Part shown: in pieces, positions 1 to 12,621 of the stretch
Layout: every line of letters begins with the position of its first letter
Position numbering within the stretch: position 1 is the first letter of the stretch
Source of the DNA: Octopus vulgaris
Taxonomy: Eukaryota
Assembly (NCBI GenBank): GCA_951406725.2
Contig: OX597815.1
Location: 118,172,001 to 118,236,000, forward strand
Length of the DNA: 64,000 nucleotides
Reading direction: 5' to 3'
Notes under the pieces: generated by a model
What the model was told of the DNA's origin: nothing
Databases searched by the model: none
What the model saw: only the letters and a program-made list of their open reading frames with translations
Made by a program: the position numbers and the translations under genes

Positions 1-107
1 TGCTTGCTTAGCCAGTGGTGTGGCATCACTTGATGGCTGAAACAATGCAAAGCGCATTGTGAACAGTGATGTGTAGAACATCTGATAGCCTGGTCGGTCA
101 CGGTGAT

Positions 108-147
<40 letters not shown>

Positions 148-1631
148 ATGAAATTAAATGACAAGAGGACAGGAATTATGCAATTGACTTTATTAGCTTA
201 CAGCTGTTTCTGCTATAAGATGCAGTGCACTCACAGCTGAGTACTTGTACATCACCTTATAACATTGTGTCTGAGTGCACTGTATCTTATAACAGAAACA
301 ACTGTAAGCTAGTGAATTTGATTACATAATTTCTGTTCCCTTCCCATTTATTTATCATCATCATTTAACGTTCGTTTTCCATGCTGGCATGAGTTGGATG
401 GTTTGACTGAAAACTGGGATGCTGCACCAGGTTCTGATCTGATTTGGCAAGGTTTCTACTGTATGGCTGGATGCCCTTTCTAATGCCAGCCACTCCAAGA
501 GTGTAGTAAGTGTTTTTTTATGTGCCACCAGCACAGGTGCCTTTAACCTGACACCCGCATATTATGCTCTGTACTCAACACTGAGTTCTAACGCCAGGTT
601 ATTAGTATTGCTATTCCTAAGTGAAATCTTAAAATTAAAATGTGTGTCTGTCTTTGTGATTCCTTGTCTTGACATTGTATGATAGTTCTAAATGAACGTC
701 ATTGACATTCAAATAATGTCCTTCATTTCCAAGTTAACATGGAAACATGTCCTGCTATGGGACATAGTACCTTGCTTGAAGATAGCTTAGGATTAATAAA
801 TGCCATAAAAAGTCTACTTCAACGAATTCCATTTGACCCAGACATGCATGGAAAAGTGCTTGCCTGGGTCACACGATGATGATGAATGAAGAGGATATAT
901 AAAGAACTGTCAAAGTAGGCAATACATCATTTTAAGTTCATATCATAACTAGACATTGTTCTGAAAAATCTAATAATCTGAAACCTAAAAAGAAGCTATA
1001 ATTACAAGACAGTAGCTATTAAATTATGAAGACAAAATCATGTTATCTAATGTTATATACTTGCAGAATCTTTCTTTGATGTAATATGATAATTATAGAT
1101 AAGGCTAGAGATTTGATATATATTGAGCCAAATTAAAAGAAGACATTTAGGTGGTTTAGCGCTATAGACAAGAAGGACAGATTATGTTTAGATGAGTTTT
1201 CTTAATAGTGAAAACTTTAAAGTTTTGTTCAGACAACAACACCTTTCTTGATATTTTGACATTTCCTGAAAGCTGAGAAAGCAAAAAATAAACTTCAGTG
1301 TTGAATTATCTTGATATATTCTGAGTCAGAAAGTGTTTTAAGTGGTACTTTGGATGTGTGTCTTCTAGTGTAGCCTTGGCCAACTAATATTTTCCAAGCA
1401 AACTTGTGGACAGAAACTGTGCAAGGCCTGTTAGATGAAATATCTTTTATCTTTTACTTGTTTCAGTCATATAACTGCAGGTATGTTGGGGTACTATCTT
1501 GAAGGGTTTGGTCAAACAAGTCAACTCCAAGTACTTATTTTTTTTCAGTCTACTACTTAATCTATCAGTTTCATATGTAAACTGTTAATTTACAGGGACA
1601 TAAACAAAACAACACTGTTAAGTAGTGGTGA

Positions 1632-1664
<33 letters not shown>

Positions 1665-2378
1665 GAACTTCCATACAGTTTCCATTTACCAAATTCACAA
1701 ACAAGGCATTAGTTAACCTGAGTTTATAGTAGAAGACATTTGTCCAAGGTGCTGCATTGTGGATCTGAACTCCAAACCACAGGGTGGCAAATTATATAAG
1801 ACTAGCACTATGACCCGGCAACGCCATGTCAGTGCTTAGTGCATGCATATATAGCTGCGTGCATGCACACATACATGCAAGTACTGTCCAAATCTCTGAC
1901 CATTCACATACAGCTAGCTGACATTCAATTGGCATATCAAGTTTCGGGCATTTTGATTGGGTTTTGGATAGAAAATTCACAAAAAAGTCACTTCTATTGA
2001 TTTTTTAATGGCTTTGCAGGGTGACTGGGGAAATGTAAAGATGTGCACGACCACCCTTGGATGGTTTTGAATGACCATAGAAAGTGTGAGCCCTCTAACT
2101 GAAAAATTATGGATTTGTATAAAGGACACACACACAGACATTTTACCGTTTATATAGAGAGAGATATGTGTGCATGGAGTGTATGTATGTGCATGCTTGT
2201 GTCTCTGAATATTTATATTCTGTGTACTTTGAAGAAAAGGCTTCACAAGTGGTGAAGTACCTTGTCATGTCCCTGTCAATAAATAATCCTATAGCACTTT
2301 GCTCTCAAAGACTTGTGGATTAAAAAATCCCTTGAAAAACTAATAATGGTTAGCGATAGCAAGGACATCACTTATATA

Positions 2379-3523
2379 CTAGCAGGATTACCTAGCATTG
2401 CCCGGTTTCAGGTTGAAGCAAAATTTGTCCCTCGGTGAATCAAAGAGCCAGTATCAAAAGAACCACAAAAAAACCGTTAACAACAGAAAAACAAAACTGT
2501 TGCAAAAGTAAATAAGAAATTGGTAGGCAAATTTAACAGTGTATGAATTGAAATAAAAATTTATGAACTTACTTCTGTCAGTAAATTATTAAATTACTTT
2601 CATCAGTAATTGTGAACTTCTTTCTGTCAGTAATTTGTTGTTCTTGTTTGTAAATAGCAATTGAAAACCTACAGTGAAAACTATAGCGATTGAACTTTAA
2701 GTGAAGCAATGACATCTGAAAATTTAAAGTGAAAACAATATAGAGTAAGTAAGATATAGAGAGAGGGGGAGAGAGAGAGAGAGCTAGCTAGTTAGGCAAA
2801 TAAGATAGATATAGAAAGATAGATAAGATATGGACAGATACAGAGAGATATATAGATATAGAGATATAGACAGAGAGGTATATTGATATAGAGATAGATT
2901 TGTGTGTGAGTGTGATATATCCTGTGTTTATAAGTCAACAGTAACTTGCCGTTTACTGTACTAAAACTGAAATTAAAATTGGGTCTAGAAATTATTGTGG
3001 GACACTTTAGTTGTTTCTTTTAGTAACAGAAATCCTTTGAAGAAACGCAAAAAATATAGTTCTTAAAAATTTTAATGTTCCTTTATTTACGATGCGAACA
3101 CATACACACACACACACGAAATGTTTCTATAAGGAAGGTGAAGAGTAAGATTTTCAAAAAAGAAATATATAAGCTGTGACGTTCATGTATTTTCCCCAGG
3201 AGCCCCCCCCCCCCCAAAAAAAAATACAGCAATATGACTGAAATTAAGTACATGTAGTTGAAATGTAAATATTCAGCAGTGTATTGTATACATACATGTT
3301 GTTGCTATGTCACTGAGGCTAGAAAACAGGAAGTAAATATAACTTTCAAAAACGTGATTCTAATATAAAAAGCAATATTTTCTATTTTTAATTAAAAAAA
3401 CCAAATGAAGAGCCTAACATGTCCAGGGTCAAATTATTCATGCATCACAAGTATGGAAGCAATTAGTTAAGCCATTTTTGTGTGAAAAGTGAATACACAC
3501 ACATCTCTATTTTATATATTAGA
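2379..3523 (-). mobile_element. Probable non-autonomous Helitron (different family)
   Basis: Minus strand starts TCTAATATATAAAA and ends with decayed hairpin ccgggcaatgctagg followed by CTAG|T. Confidence 0.55.
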
Positions 3524-3670
3524 TATATAGATATATATCAATATATATATCAATCGAGTGACTTGATCTGAGATCGTGTGCTGGAACGAAAACAATTGCA
3601 GCGTGGAAGGTGTTTTTAAGCCATTTAAGAAACACACAAAACTGTTAGATTCACTTCAACATTTAAATTT

Positions 3671-4130
3671 AAAGCGATGAAAATATTTTGACAAATTAAA
3701 TTTAAATGTTGAAGTGAATCAAACGTCACTTTGAGACCACAACCTGGTCACTGGTCAGTGAACAGGTCGCGGTCTCAAAGCGACGAAAATATTTTGACAA
3801 ATTAAATTTACATGTTGAAGTGAATCAAACGTCACTTTGAGACCACGACCTGGTCAGTGAACAGGTCGCTGTCTCAAAGCGACGAAAATATTTTGACAAA
3901 TTAAATTTAAATGTTGAAGTGAATAAACGTCACTTTGAGAAACCTGGTCACTGGTCAGTGAACAGGTCGCTGTCTCAAAGCGACGAAAATATTTTGACAA
4001 ATTAAATTTAAATGTTGAAGTGAATCAAACGTCACTTTGAGACCACGACCTGGTCACTGGTCAGTGAACAGGTCGCGGTCTCAAAGCGACGAAAATATTT
4101 TGACAAATTAAATTTAAATGTTGAAGTGAA
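3671..4130 (+). repeat. Tandem array (99-106 bp units) of hammerhead-like motifs inside an inverted-repeat element
   Basis: Four full units plus one partial unit of GTCA GTGAACA G GTCGC-loop-GCGAC GAAA ATAT TT TGAC, bracketed by inverted arms 3591-3672 / 4108-4190. Confidence 0.9.
3754..4104 (+). ncRNA. Four tandem type I hammerhead-like motifs with G3:C8 core (3754-3798, 3853-3897, 3954-3998, 4060-4104)
   Basis: Stem I GUCA/UGAC; core GUGAACA; stem II GUCGC/GCGAC; GAAA; single A-U stem III closing palindromic AUAU; U17. Confidence 0.65.
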
Positions 4131-4525
4131 TCTAACGGATTTTGTGTGTTTCTTAAATGGCTTATAAACACCTTCCACGCTGCAATTGTTTAAGAACAGA
4201 GATTTATATATTTTATTTTAATTTTATTTTGCAGTCATTTGTGTTTTTCAAGTGGAAAAACACGATTGACTGCAAAATAAAGCTGGATATATAAGTCTCT
4301 GTTCTCCTTATTATCAATTTATTTCTTCTCTATCAACAACATGCAGTCTCTATAGAGCCATATGGATTTACTGATGTGTAGATCTACTGAGGGCTGTAAA
4401 ATAAACTGGAGTTTTTCTACACTCAGAGGTTAGCTAGCATTATTAACCACCAAAAGTAAATACAGTACCAGCTCGGATTGTTTATCCCTACCAACCTAAT
4501 TTGAAAATTGACCTTTATATATATT

Positions 4526-4573
<48 letters not shown>

Positions 4574-4662
4574 ATCCAAACATGAAAACACAAGAGAAAA
4601 CACGAGGACGTGGAACAAGTATAGTGTTATTGGACGCTCAGGAAAGGAAAGAAAGAAGGAGG

Positions 4663-4697
4663 ATTTAACGTTTCGAGCGGAGCTCTTCGTCAGAAAC
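4663..4697 (-). ncRNA. Minimal type I hammerhead ribozyme motif
   Basis: Minus strand reads GUUU CUGACGA A GAGC UCC GCUC GAAA CG UU AAAU: canonical core and palindromic ACGU stem III. Confidence 0.7.
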
Positions 4698-4942
4698 ATA
4701 GAAAAAGGAAAGGTCTAAGGAAGGGAAGATGGAGGGAAAAAAAAATTGCCAATGGTATACACACAGTCACATTTTGAATTCATATTCATCTAGCCTGTGC
4801 TGGCATGGAAAACAGATGTAAAACAAACAAATGAATGAGTATCAACATTTGGTAATGAATTTCTCCAAGAATTTCTTCCCAATTTCCAATCAGTCATTCC
4901 CACTAATACATTTCATTTCTTCTATTTTGTTTTGTTTTTCAG

Positions 4943-5043
4943 CTTGGAGCTGTTTTATTCATATTGGTGCAATCGATTGTGCTGATGAGAAAAATGTAGA
5001 AATGTGTCGAACCTATGATATTAGTCTTTTCCCAACTATTAAG
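4943..5043 (+). CDS. QSOX: QSOX exon (Trx1 C-terminal half)
   Basis: tttttcAG|CT TGG...ATT AAG|GTaaat; [33 protein letters not shown]. Confidence 0.93.
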
Positions 5044-8000
5044 GTAAATGCTCTTTTTGTCATTTTTTTTTTTTTTACCTTAACCCTTTAGCATTTAAAG
5101 CAACCATATCCAGCTGATAAATTCTACCTGTTTTATGTTCAAACTAACCAGATTCGGACTCTCATGCCTACCCTAGAATGTTATTCTGAAAATAAGCAAT
5201 TGCATCATTGAAATCTTGAAGCTATGAGATAATACATAATTAATTCAAAACAATGTGAATAAATAAGCATTGAGTAATTTGAATGTTAAAGGGTTAATGA
5301 ATAAAAATGTTGTTGGAGGAGGAAAATTATTAGTCTTAAGATCGATTTTTGTCTTTTTTGTAATTGTTTTTGTTAAGAGGGAAAGCAGTTACCCATGGCT
5401 CATTGATGCTCGCCTCCAAGGCTGGTGAGAGAGAGGGAGGGAGGAATATTTCCTTAAATTGGAAACCTGGTGAAAATGCTTGTGACTGAGGACTCCCCTA
5501 AAGACATCCAAGATATCAAGTGATAGTATTAAGACAAGTAGGTCAGGAAGGAATTTTGATTCAGAATGCAAAGAGCTGAAACAAATATCTCAAAGTATTT
5601 TGCTGGGTGGTTGGTGTTAGGAATACCATCTTGCTGTAAAAATCCTGCCAAAACAGTCACAGAAGTCTGGTGCAAGCTTCTGCCTCACTGGCTTCTGTCA
5701 AACCATCCCACCCATTCCATCATGGAAGGCAGATGTTAAACAATGTTGATGATGATTCTGTTCAACATTTCTACAGTTCCACCAGTTCACTACTTTGTAT
5801 TGGTTCTTTTTTTTATCATTCACCCAAAGAGAAGAAAGGCAAAGTTGACCCTGACAGGATTTGAACCCAGAGCACAGAGAGTCAGAACAAATACAGTGAA
5901 GCATTCTGTCTAACACTCTAACAGTTCTGCTTGATCTCTTCACCGAATGAAGAGTTAACTTGCTGGCTTTGTATCAAAATATGGAATCAATATAACAGAC
6001 ATACTGATGGAACTATATGGAAAATGTAAATATGTAAATGCTTCTTAGATCCAAGAGGATCTTTAAGGGCTGATGTTTAGTTCTGGTTTTATGGTATCAT
6101 AAAGCAGATGATGAAAATTATTGTGTTGAGGTTTAGTGACAATCTATCTCATGTAAAATTTCCAGACAATCCATCTGTTAACTAATTTACCTAGAATTAA
6201 GAGCGCTATTCAAACACAACAAAATACCTCCAACAGTTTTCAGCTCAAGTCCTTTCACCTGACAGCCTTGTTCCACTTTTATATAAGCCACAGATGTTTA
6301 TAAGTGTTTGAATTTGTAATATGAGAGATAATATCTCTCTGCTTTGTGCATAAAGCATTATTCTTTTGTAGTTAAAATTCTCAGCCTGTTTCCAATTGCT
6401 TAGTGAGTGAATCAAACAATACAAAATTGGATATACTGCACAAGTTCTTAATATATCTGCTATAGATTAAAACTGAATCACGACAGTAATACTATTGTAT
6501 TATGCATGATTTACAGGTCACCACAGCTTGATATCACATTTGGTGCTTCATAGAAAGACTACTTACTTAGCTAGCTATTCAGTGTAGAACAATATTATTT
6601 GAAAAATTCATTAAATTTTACAGTTTATTACAGCTATATTTTTCAAATTACAATGAATGTAAACAGTGTTTGCTTTTAGAAATATTTGAGAATAAATTAT
6701 TTCTTTATCTGTATCTTTCAGTACATCTCAGCACTCCTAAAAGCAAACCCTGTTTGCATTCATCGTAATTTGAATTTAACATTAGTGTCTTATAAAGCTA
6801 GATTAATTTGTCAGTGGACAATTTAGCTTAATGGTAAAGCACTTGGCTGGTAATCACAGGGAAGTGAATTAGTCTCATGGCTGGCTGCTGGCAAATTTTT
6901 CTGCAAAATATGGATATTTTATCCTGTTCCTGCTGCTCTGTCAGTATTATTTTGCATTTGAGAATAAATTATTTCCTTATCTGTAACTATATTTTTCATT
7001 TTTTTTTTTTGTCTCAGATTCTCTGCAGTTCTTGCTAAGGGCATCTATGCCTTTCATTCTTCCAGGGTTGATAATCGAAATACCAGAGTGGGTTGGTGGA
7101 CTTGGGGAATATTTTTTTACTTGTCTCAGTCATTAGACTGCAGCCATACTGGGGCACTGCCTTGAATTTTAGTCAAATGAATTGACTCCTGTATTTCTCT
7201 TTTTTAAGTCTGCTACTTACTTTATCAATCTCCTGCTGAACTACTAAGTTACAGGGACATAAATGCACCAACACCAATTGTCAAGAAGTCTTACAGGACA
7301 AACACACATACATACATATATATATAATGTACACACACAATAGGCTTCTTTTCAGTTTTCACCTACCAAATCCATTCACAAGGCTTTGGTCAGCCTGAGG
7401 TTATAGTAGAAGACACTTAACCAAGGTGTCATGCAGTAGGACTGAACTGGGAATAATGTGGTTGGGAAGCAAGCTTCTTACCACACAGCTGTGCCTCATT
7501 TTAAAAATATTCTTTTACTAATTTCAGTCGATGGGCAATGGCCATGTTGGAGCACTGCCTACAGTAGCTTTAGTCAATTATATGGACCACATTACTTAAT
7601 CTTGATACCTATTTTATTAATCCTATGAGAGTGAAATGCAGAGTTAACTTGGCATGGTTGTTGTGAATTTGAATGTTTTAATATGATTGATTAGACAAGA
7701 CATACCTTCTTGGCTAGAGGCTTTTCTAATGCTGACCATTAAAGAGTAAACAGGAAAGGGCCAAATGTATTGAGACAAAGAAATATGCCTTGGCTATGGT
7801 TCTAAAAAAGCTTGATCTCATAATCTTTCAGTCAGCATACAAGGGGCTTATTACTATTATTATTGCTGCATCCCTACCCCTGAAATTATCGCCCCACCCC
7901 AGAAATTGCTGACCTTGTGCCAAAATTTGAAACCATTATTATTACTATTATTATTATTATCATCATTATTAAGACGGCAAGCTGGCAGAATAGTTAGCAT

Positions 8001-9582
8001 GCTGGGCAGAAAGCTTAGTGGCATTTCACCTGTCTTTACATTCTGAGTTCAAATTACGCTGGGGTCGACTTTACCTTTCATCCTTTCGGGGTTGATAAAT
8101 TAAGTACCAATGAAACATTGGGGTCGATGTAATTGACTAGTCCCCTCCCCACAAATCTGAGGCCTTGTGCCTCCTGTAGAAAGGATTATTATTATTATTA
8201 TTATATTCAAGAACAAATAGTAAATAGGTAAAATAAAAGATCAGCTGATAAAGTGATCAAAAACCAAAATAATGTAGTGAAATTTTAAAAATAATTTATT
8301 CGCTTGTTTTGCTTTTCTTAATTTCCGTTTATCTCTTTTCATTGCAGACATTTTTCCCACACTCAAAACCAATTGATATTGGCACAGACTATAATAAAGC
8401 TCGTGACAGCGTAGACGTATTGCGCCATAACCTTATAGACCTTTCTGTACAGTATTATATGCAGTCTAAGGATCCACAATGGGAAACCTTATCACCAATT
8501 AAGTGAGTATCTAATTAATACAATCAATTAGTTTTATAATATAAGTTTGCATAATTTGTTCTTCTTCAAACACATATTTCCAATTTTCCAGCTTAAATCT
8601 TCCTGCGAAAAACAAAGAGCTTGGCCTCTGTTCTTCAGTTACCTTGAATTACTTTTGGTTCTGTTACAATTTATTCACCTTTTTGAAAGAATTTCATTAA
8701 TAAATATCCTTCATTCCTCATGTAACTATAGTTTGAGTCTTTCTATTACTGTTTGGTATTCTGAATTGAAGCATCTCTTTTTGTAGTTCATCCAAACGTT
8801 TCCATTTACAAATCTGTCAGGTGTGTAAAATTTCATTGCTGACCAAAAGAGACGTATTTTTTCTTTTATTCTTTTCCTTGTTTCTGCAACCATGCTGGAG
8901 CTCCAATTTGAAATATTCAGATGAACAAATTGCCCCCAATACTTATTTTAAACCTATTACTTATTCTATTGGTCTCTTTTACTGAATTACTAAGTTATAG
9001 GGACATAAACAAACCAACACTGATTAACAAGTGTTTGAGGGCAACAAGCATACACACACACGCGTGCGTGCGTGCATGCATACACATCTATATCCAAAAT
9101 TTACAAATGTCATCTTTGAAACAACTGCTTCTCTTAGATTCACCTTCATAGAAGCCCTTAAATCTGATTTGATTTCTTTCAGCTTAGAAAACAATTTTTC
9201 AACTGTTGATTAATAATACTAATAATCTGGATAACAGACCTGACTTCTGTAGTCAGCTTCAATGGGGAGTCATACTTTTCCACTTATTTTATTCTCTTTT
9301 ACTTGTTTCAGTCATTTGACTGTGGCCATGCTGGAGCACCGCCTTTTAGTCGAGCAAATCGACCCCAGGACTTATTCTTTGCAAGCCTAGTACTTATTCT
9401 ATCCATCTCTTTTGCTGAACCACTAAGTTACAGGGATGTAAACACGCCAGCATCGGTTGTCAAGTGATGTTGGGGGAACAAACACAGACACACAAACATA
9501 TACACACACACACACATATATATACACATATATATGATGGGTTTCTTTCAGTTTCCCTCTACTAAATCACTCATCATGTGTT

Positions 9583-9623
<41 letters not shown>

Positions 9624-12583
9624 TTGTGTGTCTGTGTTTGTCCTCCAACCACCACTTGACAACTGATGTTGGTGTGTTTACATTCCTGAAACTTAGTGGT
9701 TCAGCAAAAGAGACCGATAGAATAAGCATTAAGCTTACAAAGAACAAGCCCTGGGGTTGATTTATTTGACTAAAGGTGATGCTCCAGCATGGCTGCAGTC
9801 AAAATGACTGAAACAATTAAAAGAATATATTTTTTCACCATGGTCACCAGCTACAAAAGCACAATCACATTTAATATTTCCTGTTTGCTAAGATTAGAAA
9901 ATGTTTAAAATAATACCAACTTCATTGGCACTCTTTTTCTAGTTCATTGGCCATAAACTATTATAAATTTATCCTGGAAAGAAAAAAGAGGTTAATCAAA
10001 TTAGTAATATATGTGAAACTGAACATTTTTACACACTTTCTTTACAGTCAACAATCAGAAGCAATTATCAGATTACTCAAATCAGTAATTGTTTCTGATT
10101 CCAACTCCGCAATTAAGTTTGATTCCACAGCTCTGCTACATATATACAAGATTTGGTATTCAGTATCAAATTAATGCACTTTTTCTTCAGTTGTGACGCA
10201 GTAGGTAAAAGCAGTGAAACTTTGTACTACTGTTATGTTTCATGAGTTCAATCTTTACCCAAAATTTCAAGTGTCACTTTGGTTTAATGGTAGCATATCT
10301 ATCATGTTCACAGAAGATCTGGATTTGCATCTGATGGGCTTCCTTCAACTTTTTTCTATCCAATGATCTTTTTTTATTCCCTGATATTCTACATATGATT
10401 GTTCATAGCTCTATCTGCTTCAAGTTCCACTGTTAAAAGCAATTTATGTATATACATGTAAAAATATGAATTAGGAGTGTAAAATGATGTTAATATTTTC
10501 AGTTAATATAAGGCAACAAGCTGGTAGAATTGTTAGCTCACAGGGCAAGATGCTGAGCAGTATTTGTCTATCTTTGCATTCTGAATTCAAATTTTGCTGA
10601 GGTCAACTTAGCCTATCATCCTTTCAGAGTTGATAAAAAAAGAAAATGTACCAGTTGAGCAGTGGGGTTGTGTATTTGACTAGCACCCTCCTCCAAAACT
10701 TATGGCCTTGTTTCCAAATTTGAAACCAATATTTTCAATCAATATAATTAGATGTAAAAATAACTCCTCATTAAAGCTTTTGATACCAGCCTGCCCAATA
10801 CTATTTTTGGTTGTTTTAAAGGATTCTAAATTAAAACCTTCTATCAAAATTTCATGTTGAATTTTATTCCAAACACCAGCTTAATAAGGACAAAGGTATT
10901 TTATTGAATTCTTCATTATTTTCCAAAGTAATTGAAACAAAGATGGTGAATTTCACCAGAAATGCAGTATGGAAACGGTTAATGCAGGCGTGCAATTGCT
11001 TTCTTTTTGTTTCTATAAATTTCAGACAATAATTTTCCTAGTGATTGCCTAACTTCTGTCTACAGAAATAATTATCTAGTTTTGAATTCCAAAGACAAAT
11101 TTCCAATGAATAGATATTTCTGATAGAAAAAAACATAATAATATAGAGAAAAACTAGAGAACAGATGAGGGTAACTGTATGGAAAGCCATGTTTTATATG
11201 ATAGTTACGATGTATGGGTTAAGAGAAACTGGCATTAAAAAGTTAGAGCAAGTTTGCATAGTAAAAGGCCCCTAGCAAATTCACCCAGCCCTTGCTAGTA
11301 TGACAGGTAGATGGTTCATTGGAAATTTGTCACAGAAGTCTACTCTCTCTACAAGATTCTTATTGCATTTATTCCAGTTTAGATGTTAATATTTTGCACT
11401 ACAGCTTTAAGGTGGATCATTCAATTGAATTCAGAAATTTTGTACAGATAAAGATGTTTGTAATTGCAGCATGGAAGACACAAGATAGCCATAGAAAAAC
11501 ACACAAAGACCATTAACTTCACTTAAACAATTGTTTGTATAATATGGTGCCAAAATTTGTCACTCAAAACTGCAACTGTTCACTGACAAAAAAAATCTCA
11601 CTACATTACAGATAAATGTTTAAACCAGTCATATCCAGATAAAATATTCTACCTGTTTTATTTTCAAACTGGCCAGATCCAGTCTCTCACACTTACCCTA
11701 GAATATTACTCTAGAAATAAACAACCACATCATCAAAATCTTTAAGCTACAAAGTAATGTATGACTAATTCAAAACGATTTGAATAAAAAAAGCATTACA
11801 TTTGACAGAGAAATCTGAATACTAAAGGATTAAAGTGAAGTTAATATGCTTTGTGTATTTCTGTATGGCTAACTTGTCTTTCATTCTGTAATTGCTTTTG
11901 TATCAGCATATGAGCAAAGCACTTGTGCTGTGCAAGTACATCTCTGGAATAAAGATATTAACTAAACCTAAGAGTTCTGTGTTTGTTTTTTTTTGTTGTT
12001 TTTTTTCACAATTTCATTACAACAGACATTTTATAATACATGGTCTAAAATTCCAGAAATGTTAGTCTCCCTTTTCAAATGTATTACCTGTTAATTATGA
12101 AAGTGAAATATACTGCATTTGGGATGATGATGTGTCATGTAATATGTGTTACATCATGATATCTGTATTCTATTTTCAGTAACTTTAAATGGAAGCAGAT
12201 CCCATTATGTAATAATGTAAGCAATTTCTTACATTATTATTTAAGTTTTAATTACTTGAAAGGAAAGGCTATTAAATGAATTAAAATAAACTTAATGTTA
12301 GTTTCTTTTTATATTATTAGCAACAAGAATGTATTTACTTACATTTCTATTTGTGTCATATTTCAGCTCCGTTGATGACATTTTAAAATATCGTGTTTCA
12401 TCACACTCAGTTATTGCTATCATTACTGAAGATAAAGGCAGTTACTTGGGAAAAGAGGTAATTGATTCTTATACTATTCCTTACATTTTACTTTTCATGT
12501 TTTGTTACAGCTATTTGACTGCAGCCATGCTGGAGCACTGCTTTAATTATTTAGTTGAACAAATCAAATCCTGTTGGGAACAA

Positions 12584-12621
<38 letters not shown>

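Noticed and set aside
11-40. TGG TGT GGC near the window start as a possible QSOX Trx1 WCGHC exon
   Set aside because: It reads WCGIT and lies in a SINE-related segment that is reverse-complement similar to 50148-50250.
3671-4130. CRISPR-like appearance of the regular array
   Set aside because: Units are repeated in full with no unique spacers; eukaryotic context and no cas genes.
5483-5592. TGA CTGAGGA CTC...GAG CT GAAA CAAATA TC TCA as a long-loop HHR
   Set aside because: Only 3-bp stems and a non-palindromic stem III; may be a decayed copy but cannot be told from chance.
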